From NCBI GenBank assembly GCA_944389225.1, contig CALXLP010000003.1, forward strand, positions 31,206 to 95,205: a stretch of DNA of 64,000 bases. The letters run 5' to 3'. Both the position numbers and the translations under genes were made by a program. A model generated the notes under the pieces. That model did no database searches. It was not told the origin of the DNA and saw nothing but the letters and a program-made list of their open reading frames with translations. Within the stretch, counting starts at the first letter, position 1. Every line of letters starts with the position of its first letter. Positions 27,772 to 37,275 of this stretch are shown here, piece after piece. Origin of the DNA: an uncultured Clostridia bacterium (GTDB lineage Bacteria > Bacillota > Clostridia > TANB77 > CAG-508).

Positions 27772-28899
27772 ATGAAAGTAGTTATTGCAGCAGCAGGAAC
27801 AGCAGGTCATATCAATCCAGGATTAGCCATAGCAAAAAAAATACAAGAAGAAGAAAAAGATTCCAAAATTATTTTTATAGGAACAACAAGGGGATTGGAA
27901 AATGATTTGGTTCCAAGAGCAGGATATGAATTAAAAACCATTGATGCATATGGATTAAGTAAAAAAATATCTATTGAAAATATAAAAAAGATGATAAAAA
28001 CATTAAAAGGGTTTGGAGAAGCAAAAAAAATATTAAAAGAAATCAATCCAGATATTGTTATAGGAACTGGAGGATATATTTGTGGTGCAACCATATCAGC
28101 AGCACATCGATTGAAAATTCCAACAGTATTACATGAAAGTAATGCTTTCCCGGGAAAAGCAGTGAAAATGTTAGCTAAAAAAACAGATACAATTTTAGTA
28201 TCTTTTGAAGATGCAATAGAAAGAATAAAACATGCAAAAAGAATTGTATATACAGGAACACCTGTAAAAATAAAGAAACAAAATTATACAGAAGAACAAA
28301 AAGCAGAAATAATAAAAAAAGTAGGATTAAATAGTCAAATGCCAATTGATTTAGTTTTTGGTGGAAGTCAAGGAGCAAGAAGAATTAATCAAGCAATTAT
28401 GGAGATTATAAAATCAGGATTGAATGAAAAGTACCAAATGATTTGGGCGACAGGACCAAAACAGTATGATATTGTAAAAGAAGAACTAGAAAATCAGCAT
28501 AAAAATATAAATCATATAAAAAATATGAAAATTCTTCCATATATATATAATATGGAAGAAATAATGAATATCGTAGATGTAATTGTAGCAAGAAGTGGTG
28601 CTATGACAATTACTGAAATTGCAAATTTAGGAAAACCATCTATATTAGTACCATTACCAAATGTGAGTCATGATCATCAATTGTATAATGCAAAAGTATT
28701 ACAAAACATTGGAGCAGCAGATATTATATTAGATAATGAATTAACTGGAGAAAAATTAAATACAAATATAGAAAAAATTGTATTAGATAAAGAAAAGTGC
28801 AAAAATATGGGAGAAAAGGCATTAACTATTGCGACTGATGATGTGGAAAATAAAATATATGCACAAATTATAGAAACTATAAAAGAAAGAAATAAATGA
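27772..28899 (+). CDS. murG: UDP-N-acetylglucosamine--N-acetylmuramyl-(pentapeptide) pyrophosphoryl-undecaprenol GlcNAc transferase
   Basis: 'AAGTAGHINPGLAIA', 'GTGGYICGA' and 'FGGSQGARRIN' motifs. GT28 architecture. Confidence 0.9.
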   Translation: MKVVIAAAGTAGHINPGLAIAKKIQEEEKDSKIIFIGTTRGLENDLVPRAGYELKTIDAYGLSKKISIENIKKMIKTLKGFGEAKKILKEINPDIVIGTGGYICGATISAAHRLKIPTVLHESNAFPGKAVKMLAKKTDTILVSFEDAIERIKHAKRIVYTGTPVKIKKQNYTEEQKAEIIKKVGLNSQMPIDLVFGGSQGARRINQAIMEIIKSGLNEKYQMIWATGPKQYDIVKEELENQHKNINHIKNMKILPYIYNMEEIMNIVDVIVARSGAMTITEIANLGKPSILVPLPNVSHDHQLYNAKVLQNIGAADIILDNELTGEKLNTNIEKIVLDKEKCKNMGEKALTIATDDVENKIYAQIIETIKERNK

Positions 28900-28910
28900 G
28901 AGGGAAAAGA

Positions 28911-30377
28911 ATGTTTAGAAGTATTCAATTTAAAATAATTGTTGTATTCTTTTTAATAGGTATTATTGTAATTACAGGATTAGGACTTGTATATATACAA
29001 TCAATCAACCAGTTAGAAATGAATCTTAGTAATAAAGAAATTGGAAATATAGAGCAATTAGCACAATATATTGAACAAATGCGAAATACGAATATTACTG
29101 CATTAATAGTAGCAGGTGTTGTATTTTTGATAGGTGGTATTTTAATAGCGATTGTTTTATCTAGATTTGTCATTTATCCAATTAATAAATTAATAAAAAG
29201 TGCAGAAAAGATAACAGAAGAAGAAAAGAAAAAAGATAAAACAAATTCGCCAAAAGAAGATGTTAAAAAGTCAAAAAACAAAAAAGATGTGGTAAATATA
29301 GAAGATGTATTAGGTGCTATGACAACAGAATTAAAGGAAAAGTTGAGTGAAGTTTCTACACAAAAAAATCAAATAGAAACCATACTTCTACATATGACAG
29401 ATGGAATTATTGCATTTAATATGGAAGGAGAAATTATTTTAATTAATCCAGCAGCAAAAAAATTCTTGAGCATAGGACCAGAAGATATCACATTTGATGA
29501 TATTTTTGCAAAATTTAAATTAGGAATTAATATGGAAAAAATTATTTATCTAGAAAATTGGACATCAACCGAACAAAGAATTCAAGTCGAAGATAAATAC
29601 ATGAATGTATTTTTTGCACCTTTTAAAAATGAGTCAGATAGACCAAATGGTGTCATAGCAGTTGTACAAGATATAACAGAACATGTAAAATTGGATAATA
29701 TGCAAAAAGAATTTGTTGCAGATGTATCACATGAATTAAAAACACCAATTACATCTATTATGGGATATGCAGATACTTTATTAGAAGGAGAATATGATAA
29801 AGAAACACAGGACAAGTTTTTAAATGTGATTGCTTCAGAAGCAAGAAGAATGGCAAGACTTGTTACAGATTTATTAACTTTATCAAGATACGATAATAAT
29901 AAAAATAGAGTGAAAAAAGTATCATTTGATTTAGGTGAACTAGTAAAAAAATGTCAAGACAAATTAGCTATTGAAATTAAAAAGAAAAATCATACAGTAA
30001 ATTCTTTTGTAACTGCAGATGTTCCACCAGTTTATGCAGATAAAGATGATATTGAAAGAGTAATTTTAAATATTTTAACCAATAGTATTAAATATACGCC
30101 AGAAGGTGGAAAAATTAAAATATATGTAGGATTTGTATATAATGATGCTTATATAAAAATCTTTGATAATGGAATCGGAATACCAGAAGAAGATTTATCT
30201 AGAATATTTGAAAGATTTTATCGAGTAGATAAAGCTCGTACAAGAGAAATGGGAGGAACAGGTTTAGGCTTATCTATCGCCAAAGAAATATTAGATAAAA
30301 ATGGGGGAAGCATTGATATCAAAAGTACAGTAGGAAAAGGTACAGAAGTTGTTATTCGAATTCCAACTAAAGATTAA
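28911..30377 (+). CDS. Sensor histidine kinase (TM-HAMP-PAS-HisKA-HATPase), WalK/VicK-like
   Basis: Two TM segments. H-box 'VSHELKTPITSIMGYADTL', N-box 'NILTNSIKYTPEGG', and G-boxes 'DNGIGIP' and 'GGTGLGLSI'. The start 28911 (SD GAGAGGG) follows murG directly. Confidence 0.85.
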   Translation: MFRSIQFKIIVVFFLIGIIVITGLGLVYIQSINQLEMNLSNKEIGNIEQLAQYIEQMRNTNITALIVAGVVFLIGGILIAIVLSRFVIYPINKLIKSAEKITEEEKKKDKTNSPKEDVKKSKNKKDVVNIEDVLGAMTTELKEKLSEVSTQKNQIETILLHMTDGIIAFNMEGEIILINPAAKKFLSIGPEDITFDDIFAKFKLGINMEKIIYLENWTSTEQRIQVEDKYMNVFFAPFKNESDRPNGVIAVVQDITEHVKLDNMQKEFVADVSHELKTPITSIMGYADTLLEGEYDKETQDKFLNVIASEARRMARLVTDLLTLSRYDNNKNRVKKVSFDLGELVKKCQDKLAIEIKKKNHTVNSFVTADVPPVYADKDDIERVILNILTNSIKYTPEGGKIKIYVGFVYNDAYIKIFDNGIGIPEEDLSRIFERFYRVDKARTREMGGTGLGLSIAKEILDKNGGSIDIKSTVGKGTEVVIRIPTKD

Positions 30378-30478
30378 AAGATGTTGATTTTTTATAATAA
30401 AAATGAGTGATTAGATTGAAAAATAAAAATAGATAGGGTATAATATATTAGATTTTAAAATACAAAGGAGAGAGAAAA

Positions 30479-31117
30479 TTGAATCCAAAGATAAAAGAGA
30501 TATTAGAATGGGTATATTGTATTATTATAGCAATTGTATTGGCATTATTGTTTAGATATTTTATAGGAACACCAACAATTGTACAACAAGTTTCTATGTA
30601 TCCAACCTTAGAGCAAGATCAAAGATTGTGGTTAAATAGATGGTCAAGAACTACAAAAACATTACCTGAAAGAGGAAAAATCATTACATTTGAAGCACCA
30701 ACGAAAAAGTTCTTTACAAGCTCAGAAATCGACACAGATAATCCAATTGCTCAATATGAAAATGAACCAACCAATATATTTGGAAAATTTGTAAAATATG
30801 TATTAGAAATCGGAAAAGAAAGTTATATAAAAAGAGTTATCGCACTTCCAGGAGAACATGTAGAAATAAAAGAAGGAAAAGTATATATAAATGGAAACGA
30901 GTTAGATGAACCATATTTACAAGATGGTGTTGTAACAGATGTAGAAGGTGTAGGTTTTTCGGATTTTGTTGTTCCAGAAAATAGCGTATTTGCAATGGGA
31001 GATAATAGAACACATAGTACAGATTGTAGAGCATTTGGTTGTATACCATTAGAAAAGATAGAAAGTACAGTAGCCATAAGAATTTGGCCATTAAACAAAT
31101 GGGGACATGTAGATTAA
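30479..31117 (+). CDS. lepB: Signal peptidase I
   Basis: 'VSMYPTL' (catalytic Ser box), 'YIKRVIALPGE' (Lys box) and 'GDNRTHSTDCR'. TTG start after AAGGAGAGAG. Confidence 0.85.
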   Translation: MNPKIKEILEWVYCIIIAIVLALLFRYFIGTPTIVQQVSMYPTLEQDQRLWLNRWSRTTKTLPERGKIITFEAPTKKFFTSSEIDTDNPIAQYENEPTNIFGKFVKYVLEIGKESYIKRVIALPGEHVEIKEGKVYINGNELDEPYLQDGVVTDVEGVGFSDFVVPENSVFAMGDNRTHSTDCRAFGCIPLEKIESTVAIRIWPLNKWGHVD

Positions 31118-31146
31118 AAGATAGAGATTATCTATCTTTTTTTTAT
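31116..31146 (+). terminator. Rho-independent terminator
   Basis: Stem AAGATAGA / TCTATCTT followed by a T8 run. Confidence 0.75.
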
Positions 31147-31208
31147 TGAAAAATCAATTGTTTTAGTATATAATAATAGAGGTTAAGAAAAAAGGAGCGA
31201 AATCTTTG

Positions 31209-32102
31209 ATGTTTGATGAGATTATTGGGAATGAACAAATCAAAAAAGAATTAAAAAAATCGATACTTGAAAATAAAGTATCTCATAGCTATATGTTTGT
31301 CGGAATAGAAGGAATTGGAAAACAAATGATAGCTAAAGAGTTTGCTCAAATGATATTATGTACAAGTGAACAAGAAAAAGGATGTCATCAATGTAAATCT
31401 TGTATTGAATTTATGTCTCATAATCATCCTGATTTTTTGTATTTAGAACCAGATGGCAATAGTATAAAGATTGAACAAATTCGATATTGGCAAAGGAAAA
31501 TACAAGAAAAGCCAATTATTTCTGACAACAAAGTATATATTATCAACGATGCTGATAAAATGACAACTGAAGCACAAAATTGTTTATTAAAAACATTGGA
31601 AGAACCACCAGAATATGGTACAATCATATTAATCGGTAGTAATGAAAATGCTTTTTTAAATACGATAAAATCAAGATGTATGAAGATAGCATTTCAACCT
31701 ATTGAAAATGAAGATATAAAACAATATATGGAAAAAACATATGGAATGACAGATATTAGTCAAAATCTATTGGAAGCGTTTCAAGGGAGTATTGGAAAAG
31801 CAATTTTATTAAAAGATAAAAAAGAACAATATGAGAATATTGAAAGTATGATAGAAAAACTAGATAAAACAGATATGACAGAATTGATAAAATTAGGGGA
31901 ACCACTATATCAATCTAAAGATGAAATTATGAATATATTAGATTATATAAATATAATCTTATTAAGATTAGCAAAAGAAAATATGCATTATGCAAATTGT
32001 ATAGATATTATAGAAGAGACCAAAAAAAGGTTGAATCAAAATGCAAATTATGATATGTGCATAGATAACATGATATTTAATATGTGGGAGGAAGTAAATT
32101 GA
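31209..32102 (+). CDS. holB: DNA polymerase III subunit delta'
   Basis: 'SHSYMFVGIEGIGK', zinc module 'CHQCKSCIEFMSHNHPDF' and 'NCLLKTLEEPP'. Confidence 0.85.
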   Translation: MFDEIIGNEQIKKELKKSILENKVSHSYMFVGIEGIGKQMIAKEFAQMILCTSEQEKGCHQCKSCIEFMSHNHPDFLYLEPDGNSIKIEQIRYWQRKIQEKPIISDNKVYIINDADKMTTEAQNCLLKTLEEPPEYGTIILIGSNENAFLNTIKSRCMKIAFQPIENEDIKQYMEKTYGMTDISQNLLEAFQGSIGKAILLKDKKEQYENIESMIEKLDKTDMTELIKLGEPLYQSKDEIMNILDYINIILLRLAKENMHYANCIDIIEETKKRLNQNANYDMCIDNMIFNMWEEVN

Positions 32103-33010
32103 AAGATATTGTAGGGGTAAGATTTAAAAAATTAGGAAAAATCTATTTCTTTAACCCAAAAAAATGGAGACTAAAAAAGGGAGATAAGGTTATTGTAGAA
32201 ACAGCACAAGGAGAAGAGTTTGGAGAAGTTATGATTCCTAATAGAGCTGTTCCAGAAGACAAAATTGTAGAACCTTTAAAAGTAGTTATCAGAATTGCCA
32301 ATGGAAAAGATTATAAACGTTTTGATGAATGTAGAGCATTAGAAAAAAAGGCTTTTGAAGTATGTAAAAAGAAAATTAAAGAACATGGATTAGAAATGAC
32401 ATTAACAGATGTAGAAGTAAAATTTGATAATAGTAAGATTTTATTCTATTTCACAGCAGATGGAAGAATTGATTTTAGGGAATTGGTAAAAGATTTAGCA
32501 GCGGTATATAAAACAAGAATAGAATTAAGACAAATAGGTGTAAGAGATGAAGTTAGAAAAATCGGTGGAAATGGTGTATGTGGAAGAGAATTATGTTGTT
32601 GCACATTTTTAAATGATTTTGAAGCAGTATCTATTAAAATGGCAAAAGAACAAAATATTTCCTTAAATCCTTCAAAAATTTCAGGAAATTGTGGAAGATT
32701 AATGTGTTGCTTAAAATTTGAGAGTGAAGTTTATGAAGAAAAATTGAAAAAATTACCACATATAGGGGCTATTGTAAAAACAGAAGAAGGTGAGGGAGAA
32801 GTAGATTCTATTGAAACCTTAAAAGAAAGAGTTAGAGTAAAGATTAAGGATGGAGATACTTTTATATATAGAAGATATGATGTAAAAGATATTCAAGTCA
32901 TTAAAGATGCTGAAAAAGAAAGGTTAGATCAAGAGGAAATAGAACATCAAAAAGAATTAGAAGAATTAGAAAAATTGGAAAAAGAAGAAGAAGGCATGAG
33001 AGAAGAATAA
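32099..33010 (+). CDS. ricT: PSP1-domain protein YaaT/RicT (stage 0 sporulation protein YaaT family)
   Basis: 'VGVRFKKLGKIYFF' N-terminus and the Cys cluster 'GVCGRELCCCTFL...GNCGRLMCCLKFE'. TTG 32099 overlaps the holB stop and follows GGGAGGAAG. Confidence 0.85.
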   Translation: MKDIVGVRFKKLGKIYFFNPKKWRLKKGDKVIVETAQGEEFGEVMIPNRAVPEDKIVEPLKVVIRIANGKDYKRFDECRALEKKAFEVCKKKIKEHGLEMTLTDVEVKFDNSKILFYFTADGRIDFRELVKDLAAVYKTRIELRQIGVRDEVRKIGGNGVCGRELCCCTFLNDFEAVSIKMAKEQNISLNPSKISGNCGRLMCCLKFESEVYEEKLKKLPHIGAIVKTEEGEGEVDSIETLKERVRVKIKDGDTFIYRRYDVKDIQVIKDAEKERLDQEEIEHQKELEELEKLEKEEEGMREE

Positions 33011-33043
33011 AAATATTAGAATAATCAATTAAAGGAGGTGAAT

Positions 33044-33217
33044 ATGATGGCATATAAAATAACAGATAAATGTATATCATGCGGAGCTTGTGCTGCTGAA
33101 TGTCCAGTTCAATGTATATCACAAGGAGATGATAAATTCGTAATTGATCAATCTGCTTGCATAAGCTGTGGAACTTGCGCAGGTGTTTGTCCAGTAGAAG
33201 CACCAGAAGAAGAATAA
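33044..33217 (+). CDS. 2x[4Fe-4S] clostridial-type ferredoxin (57 aa; below the ORF-track cutoff)
   Basis: SD AAAGGAGGTG. ORF reads MMAYKITDKCISCGACAAECPVQCISQGDDKFVIDQSACISCGTCAGVCPVEAPEEE*, with two CxxCxxCxxxCP motifs. Confidence 0.85.
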   Translation: MMAYKITDKCISCGACAAECPVQCISQGDDKFVIDQSACISCGTCAGVCPVEAPEEE

Positions 33218-33324
33218 GATTACATAGACAAGAAAAGAAAATAAAACCATGATGCATTTCTATATAGAATTTATCATGGCTTTTCTTATATAATAAAGAT
33301 TGTGTATAAAAAGGAGAAATAGAA

Positions 33325-33973
33325 ATGGAAACATTAATTGTATCAGGTGGAGATATCAATATTGAAGAATTAAAAAGATATTGTGAAAAACATGTACGGA
33401 CAAAATATAATTGCTGGAGATAGAGGATTAGAGGCATTATATCAACTAAAAATAATACCAAATCATGTAGTAGGAGATTTTGATTCTGTTTCTCCTGAAA
33501 TTTTAGAATTTTATAGAAAACAACCTCAAATTATTTTTCATACATACCGTGCAGAAAAAGATAATACAGACACAGATATTGCTTTAAAGTTAGCAATCCA
33601 ATTAAAAAGCTCCAAGATTACTATGCTAGGAGCATTAGGGAAGAGAATGGATCATGCACTTGCTAATATTCACATATTAAAAGATGCATTAGAAGCCAAT
33701 ATTCCTTGTCAAATTCTAGATGAACATAATCGAATCTATTTAATTGATACAGAAAAGACTTTAGAAAAAGATAAAGTTTATGGAAAATATATATCACTAA
33801 TTCCTTTGACAAGTACAGTAGAAGGACTAACTTTAACTGGTTTTAAATATCCTTTAAATCATTATACATTGCCAATAGGAACCAGTTTAGGCATTAGTAA
33901 TGAAATGATAGAAGATAGTGCACATGTAAAAATGGAAAAGGGTATTTTGATTGTAGTAGAAAGTAAAGATTAA
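33325..33973 (+). pseudogene. thiN: Thiamine pyrophosphokinase, interrupted by a +1 frameshift in an A5 run
   Basis: ATG 33325 (SD AAAGGAGAAA) gives METLIVSGGDINIEELKRYCEK.., which stops at TAG 33421-33423. The rest ('NIIAGDRGLEAL...VVGDFDS...DNTDTD...') lies in the next frame (33383-33973). Deleting one A at 33386-33390 joins them. Confidence 0.75.
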
Positions 33974-33995
33974 GAAGAAAAGGTAGTAGTGATTT

Positions 33996-34046
33996 GAAAA
34001 AAATTCCTCAAGAAGTAATAAGTAAATCTTCTTGAGGAATTTTCTA
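33996..34046. terminator. Bidirectional rho-independent terminator
   Basis: 15-bp stem AAATTCCTCAAGAAG / CTTCTTGAGGAATTT with an A-run before and a T-run after. Lies between convergent genes. Confidence 0.8.
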
Positions 34047-35000
34047 TTTATTTTTATTTGTGATTTCTTCTAAATCTAATAATTCTTGCCATCTTTCATC
34101 AACAATTCTTTGGAAGTCTTCTATCATCCATTCATTTCCTGGTTTAAACATATGTCTAAATCTTTTTTGTGGTTTTAAGAATTCTTCAATTGGTAATTTT
34201 TTAGCTGGTTTGTATGAAATATGATATACACCATCTACAACCTCATATAATGGCCAATAGCATGTTTCAACAGCAAGTTTATTAATTTTCATTAAATCTT
34301 CTGTTGGGTATCCCCATCCTCTAGGACATGGTGACATAACATTTAAGAATGCTGGCCCCTCTGTATAAATGGCCTTTTCAGCTTTTTCATATAAATCTTT
34401 GAAATTCATATAAGCAATGGTTTGAGCAACATAAGGAATATGATGGCCTACCATGATTTTACTTAAGTCTTTTCGACATTGTGTTTTTCCAGGAATAACG
34501 GTTCCAGCAGGTGAAGTAGTTGTATCTGCATATTTAGGAGTTGCAGAAGAACGTTGAATACCTGTATTCATGTATGCACCATTATCATAACATACATATA
34601 CCATATCATGTCCTCTTTCCATAGCACCTGATAATGATTGTAAACCAATATCATATGTTCCACCATCTCCACCAAAGGCAATGAATTTTGTGTCACCATC
34701 AGCTGGCAATTTTCCTTGTTTTTTCATAGAAACATAAGCGGCTTCTGCTCCTGCAAGTGTAGCACCTGCACATTCAAAAGCTGTATGAATAAATGAATCT
34801 GTCCAAGCAGTATATGGATAGATAAAAGTAGAAACTTCCATACATCCAGTAGCATTTGCAATAACAGCATGATCTTCTGGTTTTAAAGCTCTTAATATGT
34901 GTCTTGCAACAGGAGGAGCTCCACAACCAGCACACATTCTGTGTCCAGAAGTAAATCTTGAAGGTTTATTGGCAACGATTTCTTTTACATTATAAGGCAT
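34044..35000 (-). CDS. 2-oxoacid:ferredoxin oxidoreductase, beta (TPP-binding) subunit (PorB/VorB-type)
   Basis: 'GHRMCAGCGAP' and 'GGDGGTYDIGLQSL' (TPP-binding GDG) motifs. The substrate (pyruvate or another 2-oxoacid) cannot be determined from sequence. Confidence 0.85.
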   Translation of the reverse strand: MPYNVKEIVANKPSRFTSGHRMCAGCGAPPVARHILRALKPEDHAVIANATGCMEVSTFIYPYTAWTDSFIHTAFECAGATLAGAEAAYVSMKKQGKLPADGDTKFIAFGGDGGTYDIGLQSLSGAMERGHDMVYVCYDNGAYMNTGIQRSSATPKYADTTTSPAGTVIPGKTQCRKDLSKIMVGHHIPYVAQTIAYMNFKDLYEKAEKAIYTEGPAFLNVMSPCPRGWGYPTEDLMKINKLAVETCYWPLYEVVDGVYHISYKPAKKLPIEEFLKPQKRFRHMFKPGNEWMIEDFQRIVDERWQELLDLEEITNKNK

Positions 35001-36205
35001 TATTTGTCACCTTCCTTTCTTAATCCTAAATAACGATAAGGATTATCTATTTTTCCAGTTTTTACGATTTCTGATAAATCTGTATATACACTTTCGATGT
35101 CATCAGCTTTTGTATCTCTACCACCAATACCATATACATAGTTAACTGCAGGTACATGAATATTGTTTACATACATTGCAGATGTAACATCTTCAAATAA
35201 AGCACCACCAGCGGCATTTAAAGAATCTGCTTTATCTAATACAGCAATTGCTTTTAGATGTGATAAAGCTTTTGCAATTTCTTCTACTGGGAATGGTCTA
35301 AATATACGAACTTTTAATAAACCTGCTTTTACACCTTGTTCTCTTAATTTATCAACAACAAATTTGGTTGTACCAGCTGTTGAGTTCATACAAACAATGG
35401 CGATTTCTGCATCATCTAATTTATATTCTTCAAAAAGACCATATTTTCTACCAGTCATTTTTTCAAAATCTTTTGCTACATCTAAAATAACTTGTTTTGC
35501 ATTTTTCATAGCTTCTGCTTGTTGTGCCTTATGTTCAAATAGATAGCTTTGTAAGTCTAATGGACCAACAGCAATTGGTTCATTTTTATTTAATAAATAA
35601 TGTTCTGGTTTATATGTTCCAACAAATTCTTTTACTTTATCATCTTCTTCTAATTCTATGTTTTCGATAGAGTGAGAAGTGATAAATCCATCTTGACAAA
35701 CCATTAATGGAAGCATAACATTTTTGTTTTCAGCAATTCTATGTGCCATTAAAAGATTGTCATAAGCTTCTTGGTTACTTTCAGAAAATAACATAATCCA
35801 ACCAGCATCTCTAACACCCATAGCATCTGAATGATCGTTATGAATGTTTAAAGGTCCTGATACAGCTCTGTTTACTAAAGACATAACAATAGGTAAACGT
35901 AAGCTAGAAGCGATATATATCATTTCCCACATTAAAGATAAACCATTTGCAGATGTCGCTGTCATAGCTCTTGCTCCTGCAGCTTCTGCACCAATACAAG
36001 CACTCATAGCACTGTGTTCACTTTCAACAGCAACAAATTCAGTATCTACAAGACCATTATCAACAAAAGTTGAAAAGTATTGTGGAATTTCTGTTGAAGG
36101 TGTAATAGGGAAGGCTGCGACAACGTCTGGATTAATTTGTTTCATAGCAGTTGCTGCTGCTTCATTACCACTTAATCTTTCTCTAATACTCATATTATTC
36201 AACAC
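35000..36205 (-). CDS. 2-oxoacid:ferredoxin oxidoreductase, alpha subunit
   Basis: 'GNEAAATAMKQINPDVVAAFPITPSTEI' is a typical PorA N-terminus. 401 aa. Confidence 0.85.
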   Translation of the reverse strand: MLNNMSIRERLSGNEAAATAMKQINPDVVAAFPITPSTEIPQYFSTFVDNGLVDTEFVAVESEHSAMSACIGAEAAGARAMTATSANGLSLMWEMIYIASSLRLPIVMSLVNRAVSGPLNIHNDHSDAMGVRDAGWIMLFSESNQEAYDNLLMAHRIAENKNVMLPLMVCQDGFITSHSIENIELEEDDKVKEFVGTYKPEHYLLNKNEPIAVGPLDLQSYLFEHKAQQAEAMKNAKQVILDVAKDFEKMTGRKYGLFEEYKLDDAEIAIVCMNSTAGTTKFVVDKLREQGVKAGLLKVRIFRPFPVEEIAKALSHLKAIAVLDKADSLNAAGGALFEDVTSAMYVNNIHVPAVNYVYGIGGRDTKADDIESVYTDLSEIVKTGKIDNPYRYLGLRKEGDK

Positions 36206-36497
36206 CTTCCTCTCTCATTTCAATAGCACCGAAAGGGCATACTTTGGCACATACACCGCAACCTTTACAGTAATCATAATTGAAATCTTTTCTTTTTAAA
36301 TCTTCTTTTCCTACTGGAATAGCATCTTCAGGGCAAACAGGGAAGCATAAACCACATTGTTTACATTTATCAGATAGAAATACAGGGTAAGAACTTCTCC
36401 AGTCACCTGTTTTAAAATCTCTTGCGTTTCCAGCAGTATAAATATCACCACCAGGAGTTAATTTCTCCATAGGTGTGTTTGCATTTATATCTGTCAT
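36195..36497 (-). CDS. 2-oxoacid:ferredoxin oxidoreductase, delta (2x[4Fe-4S]) subunit
   Basis: 'CKQCGLCFPVCPE' and 'CKGCGVCAKVCP' motifs. Overlaps the alpha-subunit start. Confidence 0.85.
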   Translation of the reverse strand: MTDINANTPMEKLTPGGDIYTAGNARDFKTGDWRSSYPVFLSDKCKQCGLCFPVCPEDAIPVGKEDLKRKDFNYDYCKGCGVCAKVCPFGAIEMREEGVE

Positions 36498-36510
36498 AAT
36501 TAAATCCTCC

Positions 36511-37092
36511 TTATTGAACTTTCTTAACTTCTTTTAAAGCCATTTCTAATGCTTTCATATTTCCGTCTATAACTTCAGGTTTCTTAGCAAATTTGTGTTT
36601 AAAAGAACCTTTCATATCTTCTAATAATTCATCATCAGTCATAATTTTACTTACTTTTACAATGGCTGCTAGCATAGGTGTATTTGGAAAATATCTTCCT
36701 AAAGCCTCCTCTGAGATTTTTCTAGCATCGATTGTGTAAACTTCTCCAGAATATCCTTTTAACGCTTTTTTTAGATATTCAGCAGATTTTGTTGTGTTAA
36801 TAACAATAGCTCCTGTTTCTTTTAAACCAGAAGTAACATCAACTGATTCTAAAAGCGTGTCATCGACAACTACCACATAATCTGGTTCATAGATATTACT
36901 ATGAATTGTGATAGGTGTTTTGCTAATTCTGTTATATGCAGTGATAGGGGCACCCATTCTTTCAGGACCATATTCAGGAAATCCTTGAATATATTTACCA
37001 GTATTAAAAGCTGCATCAGCTAATAATAAAGATGCTGTTTTGGCACCTTGACCACCTCTACCATGCCATCTAATTTCTATCATGTTATCCAT
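36511..37092 (-). CDS. 2-oxoacid:ferredoxin oxidoreductase, gamma subunit
   Basis: 'IRWHGRGGQGAKTAS' motif. First gene of the gamma-delta-alpha-beta operon. Confidence 0.85.
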   Translation of the reverse strand: MDNMIEIRWHGRGGQGAKTASLLLADAAFNTGKYIQGFPEYGPERMGAPITAYNRISKTPITIHSNIYEPDYVVVVDDTLLESVDVTSGLKETGAIVINTTKSAEYLKKALKGYSGEVYTIDARKISEEALGRYFPNTPMLAAIVKVSKIMTDDELLEDMKGSFKHKFAKKPEVIDGNMKALEMALKEVKKVQ

Positions 37093-37275
37093 TCGTAATT
37101 GCCTCCTTTTATTAAAATTTTACGACTTTAGTATATGCCTAAATGGTCTTAATGTCAATACATTTGACTAAAAGGACAGATGAAAAAAATTTAAAGAAAT
37201 TACTTGTATAATGGCAATAAGTGTGATATAAATATAAGTATAAAAATAAAGCTAAGGAAGAAAGGCGGAGTTTTT

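Noticed and set aside
32901-33461. 186-aa minus-strand ORF
   Set aside because: It overlaps the yaaT 3' end, the clearly real ferredoxin gene and the TPK start on the other strand. It is low-complexity Leu/Ile/Phe-rich with no SD.
35163-36299. Two + strand ORFs (127 and 151 aa) inside the oxidoreductase operon
   Set aside because: They are antisense to the alpha and delta subunit genes, which carry strong family motifs. The composition is Ala/Ser/Thr-biased mirror sequence.
37204-37275. Upstream extension of the response-regulator ORF
   Set aside because: The receiver domain begins right after GTG 37276, which has a proper SD. The extension is unsupported, Ile/Lys-rich sequence.
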